From: Raillietiella orientalis | Taxonomy: Eukaryota | Direction of reading: 5' to 3' | Assembly (NCBI GenBank): GCA_036172245.1 | Contig: JAYWIR010000079.1 | Location: forward strand, 62,001-126,000 | Length of the DNA stretch: 64,000 bases | In this document: positions 47,801-59,800 of the stretch, piece after piece | Position numbering within the stretch: the stretch's first letter is position 1 | How the letters are laid out: every line of letters starts with the position of its first letter | Program-made: the position numbers and the translations under genes | Notes under the pieces: generated by a model | The model's input: the letters and a program-made list of their open reading frames with translations, nothing else | What the model was told of the DNA's origin: nothing | Databases searched by the model: none

Positions 47801-50800
47801 ATTTTCACCTCCAGAATAGTTATTTCCTAAATCTAGATTTTGTCAAATGCGTATTGTCAAAGCGAAAGAGCCTTAGAATACACTAAGGAGTTCTTTCCAG
47901 CTCTTACGCGACATATGAAACACAACACCAAAACAAAGTAAAACGGTTCGGCGTTTGAACAAAGACATACACTTTTTTTTTTAAAAGGAAAGCAATTATA
48001 CCTCGGAAATGGGGAATTCAGGATGATGCTAGGGCTGCTGAGTATTTCTTCAGTTCTTGGGCAAATCACAGACAAGCACACTTGTATATTTTCTTCGAGA
48101 GGTACACGAATGTTAATCTTCATGTTGGTGAGAATAATAATTCAAGTTTGCACAGCTTTACTTCCGCAATAGGGTAGTTACGCAAGCTTGTGATGCAAAG
48201 TGAAGCTGCAGAAGAATTTGCAAAACATTCTGTGCAATCTTTGCAGCATTGAGTTTTCTGTTTGCAGATTTATACACTGGTACAGGGTCCGAGATGTTTT
48301 AACATCACTGTTGCATAATTTCGAATTCCTCTTTACTTTTCGTCGTGAGCGAATCACTCTTCCATCCAGGTTAGCTCGGTGACGAATTTGTAATCCAGTC
48401 ACCGTTCTCCACTGATGACGGTGGAAGTGGTAATTGCGATTATTCTGGATGAATTAACGGAGCCTTTCTTCACTTACGAGTTCAGTCAAAAGAGAAGATT
48501 TTCGGATCTCTATCGGGGACAGGTTGCCTCATTTCAATTTGGTTTGCATGTGAGTGGAGAAATTTTGTCAATTCGAATCGGCCATATTTTCGTTTCTTCC
48601 CCACGTACTCATGAGCGTCTCGTTTCAAATCCTGAACGGAATTCCAACTGCGTATGCCATCTTCTCAAATTGGAATTCGGAAAATCTTCTCGATTGGCAA
48701 AAGGGAAAAAGGACTCCTTGAGGCTCGCCCGGTGTCGAGCAATACTTTTGATTCTCCCGACAATCATCTTGCTTCCAGAAGTGGAGCAACCTCTTTGAGT
48801 CCAGTTTTACTGTATCCGCACCGTTGAGATGATTCGTGATTTCGGTACCTCTTGTTCACCGGGACCCTGCTCTCTCGGTTTGCAGCTGTGGTTTCCGACA
48901 GCTCACCAACCATCATGATTCCTCTTTTTCCCCGTTTACGCAAAAGCTGGATCCCAGAGAATGATAATGCAGTCATCTAGGATGAACCATGGGGCGAGCA
49001 AATGTTAGGGTTTACTTTTATCCCGTGGCAAATGTCAGGATTGAGCATGGGTCAAGTCATTGAATGCATTTTTGCTTTTCGTTCTTTCCGAGAACTCTCT
49101 GCAGAAGAAGGATCGGATATTCTTTGTCAGTGAAACCAACGGAATCAGAAACTGTTCGTTGCTGCCGAAATCCGCAGATGCAGTCACTCGAAAAGTAATC
49201 TGAGCTTTCTTTATCCCTTCACCCGCCTTTTCTGATAACGTTGAGCTTGCCAGTAATTCTTTTACTGCCTTCATCAAGTTATCAAAAACTGACATCTTGT
49301 CGATAACTCTCGCCTCCTGTTTCTTTTACAGAGATTGGAAAGAGCTTCCTGATTGTTTGCCAAGAGAGTAAAAGCAAAACGAATACAACCCACAACCACA
49401 CTTTACGCTTTATTTCCCCCAGTCCTGTTTCTCGAAAGCTACTTGTTTCTTGACTTGAACTTAGTAGTGAGGATATACGTTTTCCCTCACCGAAAGTGAG
49501 GATGCGTTTTGCACTTTTCTAAAATGTTTCTAAAACAGTTCCTTCTAAGTGTGTGTGTTCCGTGAACGGCATGTGATTCTTTACTTTAGAAACAAGACAT
49601 TTTAAGTGAAGGTTAGTCCACACCTTCTTCCAAAATGAAACAGAGTTGGTCACCCATCCGTCTATTGCCAAATTTCTTCAGACCCCACTGTTCCACTCTT
49701 TGCTTGTAATCGATGATCTCTCATTTCTCCGACTGTGTGCATGAGATCCTGGGATATGGTCGTCTCTTGCCCCCTCTCTACTAGAGTTTACCGCCGACGT
49801 TTGCTAAGCATTTTCATCCATGTTTTGCATCAGATTTCACGTACGCACGTACGCATGAATTTGTAAAGAGGTCGGTACTAGCCTATATCGTTCACTTTAA
49901 AACGAGATTTTCGATGCTCCCGATAAGTGCACAGAATGGAGTAAGGGACTGAAACAGTGCGGTTTCAGACCAGATCGCGAAATTCAGTTCCATGCAAGAA
50001 GGCCGCCTCATAGCGTTTCAGCAGGAAAGTATAACCGCGCAACTTCGATGAAGCAAGGCGAGGTTTTCGCATGTTGAGTTGGCATCGGGCTGGGAGAAGA
50101 AACTTCGTACTAACCTGCAACTGCGTGGTGCGGATGGACTTTCTCTCGACGTGTGTGCAGTTTTGACGAAGTTTACGATTCCTTCGCGTGATCCCTCGTC
50201 TCGCCACTCAACTTGCCGTGGATGATCGTGGAGTTCTCTGTTCTTTTGGCAAGGCTTCCGTAACCGGACGTTCACGGTGCGCTGCGACGTTTCGGTTCCC
50301 GTACCTCCTAATTCCGGTCTCCAGAAAGCCCATAAGCTCGCTCAGGACTTTGACTGCCGAAAGCCTGCTCTGTAGAGTTCTCCGCGGAATCCGATGTTCC
50401 CAAACTTTCAAGCAAGAATACTGTCGTACTCAATGCTCGTCTTTTTCACATTTAGAACATAGCATAAGTATCAGATTTCCCACGATCGAATTACGAAACT
50501 CTGTGATGAGATGCGCCAGGCACCATGGACCAAAGTTCGCTTCGTTTGTAAATCTTTTCGATGCTTCTACCTGATGACAGCTCAGCAAGCTTGCAAGCTC
50601 GAATAAACCGGCGACGTTCCATAGACTCCAGTGATTTCTTTGTGAAATACAAAGTTATCATTCAAGCTCATTGATCTTCACGACTTTGCCGATTTGAAGC
50701 GGAATCGATATCTCTGAATTTCAAAGTATTGAAAGCACCTGGATGAAGGGGATTCTTCATCCACACCGTTCTGTGAGAGACCGATTCAGTTTTATCCGAA

Positions 50801-53800
50801 CTCTCATGCACACAAGAGAGAAGCGTAATCACATTGATCTTGCAGTTTTATAAATTAGAGTTGGATGTGGGATCGATCCGAATCTTTGTATCACTTTGCA
50901 GACCTTTAACTGTAACACTGTGTAAATGCTTTGATTTGCGTGTTGCGAGAGTCTCATTCCCTTAAAGAGTTGTGGAACACTTTGAATGTTGATCCACTGG
51001 TTGATCTATAGCGAGTCCAAATTCGTTTTTTCCTTACAACTATGCTGAACACGAACAGTGTTCAGCTGTTCGTTTTTATTTTCAAACAGCTAGGAAGTAT
51101 GTGCTGTAATGAAATATGGAAGACAAGATCGGAAGCAACATTTTTGTTTTTGCTACAAATAGAGCGTTTCACCTCACCTGTCAGTACAATTTGCCCACGG
51201 CGAGGAATGCTGATTCACAGTTTCGAGAGGAATCCATGTATTACATCTGAACCGCGTAAAGCGTGCTTTGCCTTACAAAGTATTGGAACAAAACTTTCAT
51301 AGTTTACAAACCTGAGAGATGCTAGCGAACAGGGCTCAAATCAGGCATTCTCATTGGGGATCGAAGGTGTGAGGGTTTTAGACTTGGGACGGGATCGTCA
51401 ACCTGTGTACGGTTTTTATATGGAGTCTTAGCGCTGAGATGTACGTTAAAGCATTGCGTACCACATCACACTGATCTAATGGGAAAACCCATCGAAACCG
51501 AATGCAGCATCGTTCGTTAATTTAGAAATGGCCTAATTTTGAAATAGGAAATCTAGACAAGAAATCGCAAAGCGGGAGAAAATTGTCTGGGATTTTTCTT
51601 AGACTCTGAAACTAAACGCTTTTGTGGGAGAAAAAGGTGCTGAGGTAGATAGATACCTTGCTGATAAGTCTGTACAAGTGTTTGGCAGCATCGTTAGGAA
51701 GGAATCCACCTGCCCCTGAGATCCGATGAAAAGAGTCGTGAATGTGCATTTAATGATTCATATTTTCGGTCGATTATCAGTTCATTTTAAATGAGGGAAC
51801 AGAGACGGAAATGATGGTTATTTCCAGGTGTTACTGATTAGATTGTCTAAGGGAATGTTAGGTATTATTGTTATACTGAGTGTTTAAAAGTGATGTGCTG
51901 ATGCATTATTCGCACGATCAAATGGAACTTTAGTCCTGGGCGTGTGTTAATTCCACTGACGTTAGAATCCACATACAGCAAGGCAATAGATATATGCAGA
52001 TAGTGATCCCACGTGCTCACCTTATGGAAAGTCGTTTCTTTCGGTGAGAGCTTGGATTGCGTTCCATTACCCATTTGGTGCAGTACTTGTAAGCGTACAG
52101 ATATGCGTACTTCTATGTATTCATAAGCCCGTTCTCACTCATTCATCCCCTCTAACTTTTTGTTAATTGAGTACAAAATTGTGATGAGCTTTTGTTCCAC
52201 CAGCATATTTTGGGAAGTACCTGAATAAATACGATGGCAGCTACATACCTCCAGGATGGTCGGAATGGTACGGGCTGCTGATGAATTCCAGGTTCTATAA
52301 TTACACGCTGAATATCAACGGCAGAAAAGTCAGGCACCGATTCGACTACGAAAAGGTACAGATGCTGGGTTTGTCTGTAGTGGATGAGTACTGAGATGTA
52401 CGCTAAAGCGATGCGCACATCACACGGATCTAATAGGAGAAAGCATCGAAACCGAAAGCAGCTTCGTTCGTTAATTTAGACATAGCCTTAATTTTGAAAT
52501 ACGAAAGCGGTCTGAAGTGATGAATTTGCATGCTTCACAAGAATGCTCGATCTGCTCAGCCTATTCTGTCTTGCTCCACCTGGGTCTCAGGTTGCCTGGT
52601 GCAAATTCGAAATTTCGCGTGAGCAGTGTGCTCCTTGCTCCGTCCTCGAAGCGGCCCTGTGCGGAAAAGGTTCTGGGTTTCGGGAATGGCGGGGGAAGGG
52701 AACAACGCGTTCCGGGCTTCCGACGTCACACATTGTGTCGTTTCTCCCCCGCGCGCGAGCCTCGAGATGCATCCCGGACGGGAAGGTCGAGGGGGAGCTG
52801 CGACGCGAAAACAAGCGGCACAAAAAGCTCTCTCGCTTGGTTGCGAGCTTTCGGAAAAGTTTCGTGAGGGGACTCCGTGCGAGACCAAGGAGCAAAAAGT
52901 TGCAGGTTCGGCGGTGCTCCTTGCCCTACCGACCTCATTCCCAACAGTCTTGCCATTCCCGCACTCGCGTCTTCCGTCACGCGGCCCCGGGAACCCTCAC
53001 GTTGCGCGAGGAATCCTGACGCTTGAGCGGCTGGGAAGGAGATCGTGGATGCTGCCTCGCGAAATTCTCGCCGCGTCGGCCTGGCTCTGTTCCGCGTCCG
53101 TAGCTCGGATCTTACGAAATGGGGACTTTTGGGAGGGGGAAAGGAGGTTGAGAAGAAAGGGGACGGGTGGGGAAGAATGCTGCCATCGTGTTTTGTTGCT
53201 TTATGACTCGTCCTGCTCCCATATCCAGGATTACTACCCGGATTTGATCGTCAACGACTCCATATCCTTCATGCAGAAGCACAGGCAGCGCCACTCGGAC
53301 GTGCCCATCATGATGGTTTTGAGCTTCCCTTCGCCCCATGGACCCGAAGACTCGGCCCCTCAGTATTCGCATCTTTTCCACAACATCACTACGCATCGGT
53401 AACCACCTTCAGTCTTACGGTTTTGCGGGCAGAAGAAGCCTCGCTCGAGGAGAGGTTTATCGTGTCTTCCGCACCTTTCCGTTTTCCAGGATCCCATCTT
53501 ACGACTACGCCCCAAATCCCGACAAGCAGTGGATTCTGCGCACGACGGAACGCATGGAGCCGCTCCACAGGAAGTTCACGGACATATTGATGACCAAGAG
53601 GCTGCAGACTCTCCAGAGCGTGGACGTGGCAGTGGAAAAGGTTCGTGCTGCTGCCGAGTCGGCAGTTTTCAATTTGCCTCCCGGCCTTTCCCTCCCTCTC
53701 CCGGGGGCTGTGTGAAAAACGCAATCTCGTCCCCGCCATGTCTTTCTTTTCTTTTCCCTTCTCGCCGCAGCTTTGTGCGGAGCTCCGGAACCTGGGCCTT

Positions 53801-56800
53801 CTGAACAGCACCTTCGTCTTCTACACTTCCGACCACGGTTACCACCTGGGGCAGTTCGGCTTGCTCAAGGGCAAGTCCTACCCGTTCGAGTTCGACGTCA
53901 AGGTGCCGTTCATCGTGAGAGGACCAGGAGTGAGACCGGGATCTGTGTACAGTACTTTGTTACAAGTCATTCTCTGTTCGGGATTTTATTGGACGGTGGT
54001 GCTTTCAGGATCCGCAACATCGTCCTGAATCTGGACTTGGCTCCCACCTTCCTCAGCATAGCTGGCGTTCCCAACCCGAGTCACATGGACGGGAAATCCA
54101 TATTGAACGTCCTGCTGCAGAGGTGAACCAGGGAAACGCGAACGCTGTATAATAAGGGCGGTCTCCTCCTTCTCGATCCTTGAGGGAGTCTCCGGAAGCA
54201 TGGAGACAATCGTTCCTCATAGAGCGAGGCAAGATACTTCCCCGTGACAGCGATCAGGAGCCCAGGAAGGACTCCTGGAGCTCCTCCAAAGTGGCCGAGG
54301 CGGAGTGCCAGAGTCCCGAGCACAGAAGTCCGTGTAGGTCGGCACAGGGGTTCGAGTGTACTTTCGTCAACGGAAGGTCAGTGTCATCCGGCTCTTCCAT
54401 GAGTCGCCACCTCTGCCCTCCCATTCTCCCGCCTTCCGCGCGTCCGGAAGAAAGGCAGACGCGTGGTTCTCCCATTTCCCCCTCGCTTTTCTCGTCCCTC
54501 TTTCATTCCTTTCGCTTTCCCATCTGGCGAGGGCTTACGACTCCAGGCTACGGAAGGAACTCGATTCGGTGTCCAAGGAGGTTCCTGCTACGTTGCCAGC
54601 GTGACTCACGAGGAAGAGCAGACACCACGCAATGCGGAAGTGCGCGAAAGCGTTTACGACTTCGGGACACATGTGCGTGCGCGTGTGCACGAGCACGTAC
54701 CATTCGCATTGTTCTCAGCGTAATGCTTGTCTGAGCGCAACGAGGTGGTCGAGCATTTCATCGTTTGGGCTTGCCGCCGCTGGCGTCGCAGGGACTCCCA
54801 AAATGTAGTCGGAGCTACAAGTGGTCAATCTTTGGAAACCTGTCTGTTGCTTCAAGGCGAGGTAGATCTCTTGCGGATGAGAACGCGCTCAGCTCAGACT
54901 CATGAAGTGAACGTCATCGAACAATGAAGTCAGGACTCACAAACGCGCACCTCCTTAGCCTTGTTCGTCAGTAGAATGAACCTGTGCAGGGAGGAAGAGG
55001 AAGATTTCTACCGAGCACTCGACGAAGAAGGGTTCTTCGCGCGAATTTTCGAATGCCCCGTGCGATGCAGGCATGGAAACCGGAGAGGATGCAAGGAGAG
55101 AGATGTGTCCACATCTCTCCGCTGAATAGAAATGGAAACATCCACATCTATCGGCTGGTCAAAACAGGCACAAGGCTTTAATCGCGTGCGTCGACTTTTC
55201 CGTTCAGTGAAGCATTCTGGAATCAAATGTGCTTTTGTATTTCCATGTCTTAGCTGCCTTTCGTGCAGGGACCAATTTTCTTGTGAATTTTACAGGGTTA
55301 GTACATCCCGCGATCGAGAATTCGTAACATCTTTTAGCGAACATCATTCCTAATGGCAAGGAACTTGCTTGAGGAAACCAGAGACTGCTCTGTGAAGGTC
55401 AGCTCCATGCTTATGATTTCGAGTAGCACAAATTGTCGGGACAAAAGAAATGAACACACTCCGAGACAAAAAATGTGCTTTTTGATTCACGGAAATATGA
55501 TGATGCATGCGAACGGGTTTCTGTGGACACTAATCAGATGTGAGTATGTGGTGGCTAGATTTTCCAGCTTTGCCGCCAGCGAAGCCTTGGTCTGCAGCTG
55601 CTGCAGAGGCTATCTCCGTTTTCCATTGATGTTGTGATGGGAGTTGGGTACTTCCAGACTTTCTCTTGATATCTTCGTCTTCGCGGTCTTAGCTCCCATT
55701 GCCTGTTCACAAGACCCACTTCTAGGAAATCCCTTTTCGTCTGCCCATCGTTTTTGGGTAGTTGCAAAGAAGTATTGAAAGCATGCTGGAGATAACTCAC
55801 TATACACAGAGGCGTTCTTTTGGTGTGATTGCAGCTTAGGCATGCTTGTCGCCCTGTCATGACATAGGTTGGCATCAGAGTAGAGTTCCTTCATTTTTGC
55901 AGTATTCAGGGAATTCTGGAGTCGAGAAGGCGAGCTGATGCTTCAGTTTGTATCAGGGTCTTGGACCTTTATTCAGATTCTGCCTCAGATCAGAGACCAC
56001 CATACAGTTACTGGGATGTGAGGTCGCACAATCAGACTTTAGACTTTTATTATTTGTATCTTTTGTTGAAGATAATCCTAGAAAAGAAACATAGGTAGCA
56101 TTGGAGGATTTTAGAAGGTACAGGGTGTGCAACATGCTAGGAAAGATTGAGGTAGCTGGGAAGCACATGCTAATGCGTGATTTTCCAGGAGTGTTTTCCT
56201 TCCCTTTAGATTTCCATATCGTTATGCCGGTCAGGGATGTTGGTTTTCCATGTTGATGAATCATCACCACCTATAACGAGAAAGTGAAGGGCATTGTTAG
56301 TGATGTGTATATACTCTTGAATACATCTTTATTCTTTCTGCATATGTACCCAGATGTTTGCTGCTTGCTCTTCGTAATTTTCTTATTCAGCAGATCGCTT
56401 ATAGTTGAGAGTTCGGACGTTTCCACAAGTTGTAAATTAAATGTACATAATTTTTCCTCCGCTACATTAATTTAGCCATTTTTTAGTAGTCCTTTAGGGA
56501 ATACCGAGATGACGAACTTTTATAGAATAAAACTCCGAATGATTTGATAGTAATGTGGGATACTCAGTAGTTGTAATTTTTCTGATAAGTTAATCATGAG
56601 AAAGTTATTAAACAGTACTGTTAATGAAGTGACATTTCATTGAACATGACTTCGCTGTACATGAACAGATTTTAGGATAATCATTCCTCCTGAAGTCTGA
56701 GTTCAGTGTTGCCTATATTCGAAACGATGAGATTCCAGAATTTTTCATCTTAAAGCTATGTATAAGGTGAAAAAAGAGTGACATCGAAAACCTGTGGTGA

Positions 56801-59800
56801 ACTCCGGCAGTCATTTGAGTGAGATGTCACTCTTCTATCTCAGTGGGTGAAAGCGCATCTGCAGATCTCAAAATGTTACCACCCCAACTTCTCGCATCCG
56901 TGAACACGCAAGGCGCAGCTATGGAAAATCCAATGAATGCCTTTGAATATGTGTTTTTTTTGTCGGTGAAGCAAACATCTTTGATCATTCCTCAGTTTTC
57001 TGTTTCAGTTCCCGAAGTAGCTTTGTTGTTTCAGGAAAGTACTCGTAAGCTGTTTCTTTAGGATGCCATGTCGTCACCAATTCTTTAGGGAAGCAGTCTT
57101 CTTATGGTTTATTTCGTGATAATTCCCTTCTGTCTAAGCAAGTTTGCTTTACCAAACAGAAGTTTCTTTTTGGGGTTCGTCTTCTCCGGCGACTGAAGCG
57201 TCACGATGAGCAAATGTCTCGTTTTCTTGGTGTTTGAATTCTCAGACCGGTGAAGCAACTCGGCAGAAATGAGTAACGCAAAGGGGTGTAGCCTTGGACG
57301 TTAAAACACAGCTAATTGCTGCTGGCAACTACATATCGTTTGCGTGACTTTGTAAGCCTTGCAGCAGTTCGTTTTCTCATGTGTTGGTGGTGTGTGGTTG
57401 TTTCCGATGTCTTTCTAAACTGTACTCTTCGAAGGACACATCAAGTCGAATTCAAGCCTTATGAAGTTACACAAGGAATTCCTTCCCATTCTATCTGACT
57501 TTCGTTTCCAACCCTTCCGATAACGCCTTCATCCACACCTTCTCCTTTACGAGATATTCTGTATGGATATATAAATGATAACCTGTTCATGCAATCTGCA
57601 AGTTATGAATTGTATGGTGTTAAAGTTTTCTTGTCAAATTTTCAAGGAGAAATGTGTTTGTTAACAGAACAGTAATCCTGTTTGTTTACTGTCAACTAGG
57701 TGGAGATTTAGAAGATGCCACGCTCCTGATGAATTACAAACGAAAAAGTGTCCGTGTTCTGAAAAAAAGTCCGATTTCAATGTTGGTGCAAAAGAGAGGC
57801 AGAAACAAAAACTATTTGTTAAAGAATATATGGGCATCGGTAGGTTTCATGCTTTTTAAAATCAGTATCCTCCTCATCTGGAATGAGATCTTAAACGAAC
57901 ACATCCGGAATCAAAGGATTAAAGATGTTTGCTAAACCGATAAAAATACGCATTCAAAGGAATTCGTTGAGTTCTCAGATCTGTATCATCTTTCTGTTCA
58001 GGATCGAGCATTATTTTAATTGGGATTCTTTGTTTTCAAAGATTGGTGGAACCTCAACAGACCCAAGTTTATAGGTGCGCACAATTCCCAAAGGTCAGTT
58101 TCGGAAATAGACTACCGTGCCATGATGGATTCATCTACTGTCGAAGCTGATCCGGAGGTTACTGAAATCAATAAGAAAATGTATGAATTGCAAGATGAAT
58201 TAACTGTGGGTAGACTAATGTTTCAACGCAATGAGCATCAGGAATTTTCCTCAGGACATCGAATGCAATGTCTCGGATATGACATTCCTTGCATCACCGT
58301 CCAACAGAAAGTTGCATGAAGACGAACTAGGGCATCGAAGAGCAGATCCGGAAACGTCAAACTCAGAACATCCGAAAATGTACGCACTCAACGAGAGAAA
58401 CTGGAGGCACAGTCGTCAGTATATTCGTGATCAGATTCGGCAAATCAAGTCGCAGCTGAAGGAACTGAGAGTAAGTAGATTAAGCGTATGGAACAGTCAC
58501 TCGACTCCCACGCCCTCCTTTCGTTGTACCACGTTATTTAGCCTCTCCAGATTTCATTTTACATACTAGGTAAATGAGTTCGTAAACTGCTGTTTATCGC
58601 ATAGCAACTTGACTGCTTTCAGCAATGAAACGGTACAGAGAGACAGAATGATGAAATGATTTTTGAGCTTTTGTCCTTTTGAAAAAAGACGGTAGTAACT
58701 TAGCTTGTACATGCTAGGGCACTTTCGCTGTACGCTTTGCAATGCAGCACGTGACCAGTGCGCAGCCGTTTCATTTGCTTGTTTCGGTCAAAAGATGAGT
58801 ATGCGTTCGGTTCTGTGTACCGATTGTAATTCTCAATCTTACTTCCTCCGTTTTCGACCGCTGCGATCCTCCCCATTTGTTTCGACACATCAAGTCTCGA
58901 GATTTGCTTTCTTTCGATTTTTAATTTCCGTTTCGGCGGTCGCGTCCGTGTCACGGAGGCTTCTTATGTGAAGGTTGCGAAAAGCTTGATTTTTCAAGGT
59001 TTGTTTGCACTCTGCCTGTGGTGACGTAGCTTATAGACTGTCGCCACGATCCAGTACCTGGGTAAATGGGATCAGTCTTTGCGGTTGATCTTTCAAAATT
59101 CCAGTGATTGGATCTTCGATCAGGTGCTTCCCTGCGTTCTGTACCATAGACTGAGGTGATGCTTTCGTGGGTTGAGGAAATCTGGATTTCCTAGCTCCTT
59201 GTTCATCCTCACGTTAGGAGCAAAAAATCGCTGATGCACTTGAGACTCGTTATTTATTGTGTACATGATGAATTCTGCGCACTCGCTGTACATCTTCGTC
59301 ATCCGTTTCTCATCGGGAAACGAGCATTCTCGTGGAGAAAATGCTGTACTTTGGTGCATGCGTGACCCAAGTACAAGAAATTAAACCTTGCAGTTAGGTT
59401 ACTAGTTTTACATGGATGCTTTGCCTGAGAATCCTGCTTGCGTGAGATGTGCTCCTTATTGGCAAAATTATGAACCAGGAGTGGACTTATTCGTTTGCAT
59501 TCCGTCGTTGCTTCTTACACAAGAGTGATTTCGTAGTTCTTGAGATTGGATTTTGAATCTGCACACGAGTCGTGTGGGAGATTTCCAGTTACTTCCGTTT
59601 CGTCTGCGGTTGTGGAAAACACTCAGTGGGGTGGTTGTGAATACTTGCGAAGCATAGGGAAAGTAGTGCTAAGGATTTATTTCGATTGGTGCAGCAAAGT
59701 ATGGGAGACAGGGTTCTTCGAAATATTCCCGGTTCTTTCGATTTTCCCGATGTCATCATTACCAGAAGTAGTCCATCACTGTGACACGGGATGGACGGTT

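Noticed and set aside
50572..50612. Hammerhead-like CTGATGA...CGAAT
   Set aside because: The GAAA core and stem II closing pair are both broken
52517..53228. Long ORFs in Sulf intron 3, including a 200-aa in-frame extension of exon 4 (52626-53402)
   Set aside because: GC-rich read-through; the exon 3-4 junction (YEK|DYYPDLI) already restores the conserved sequence
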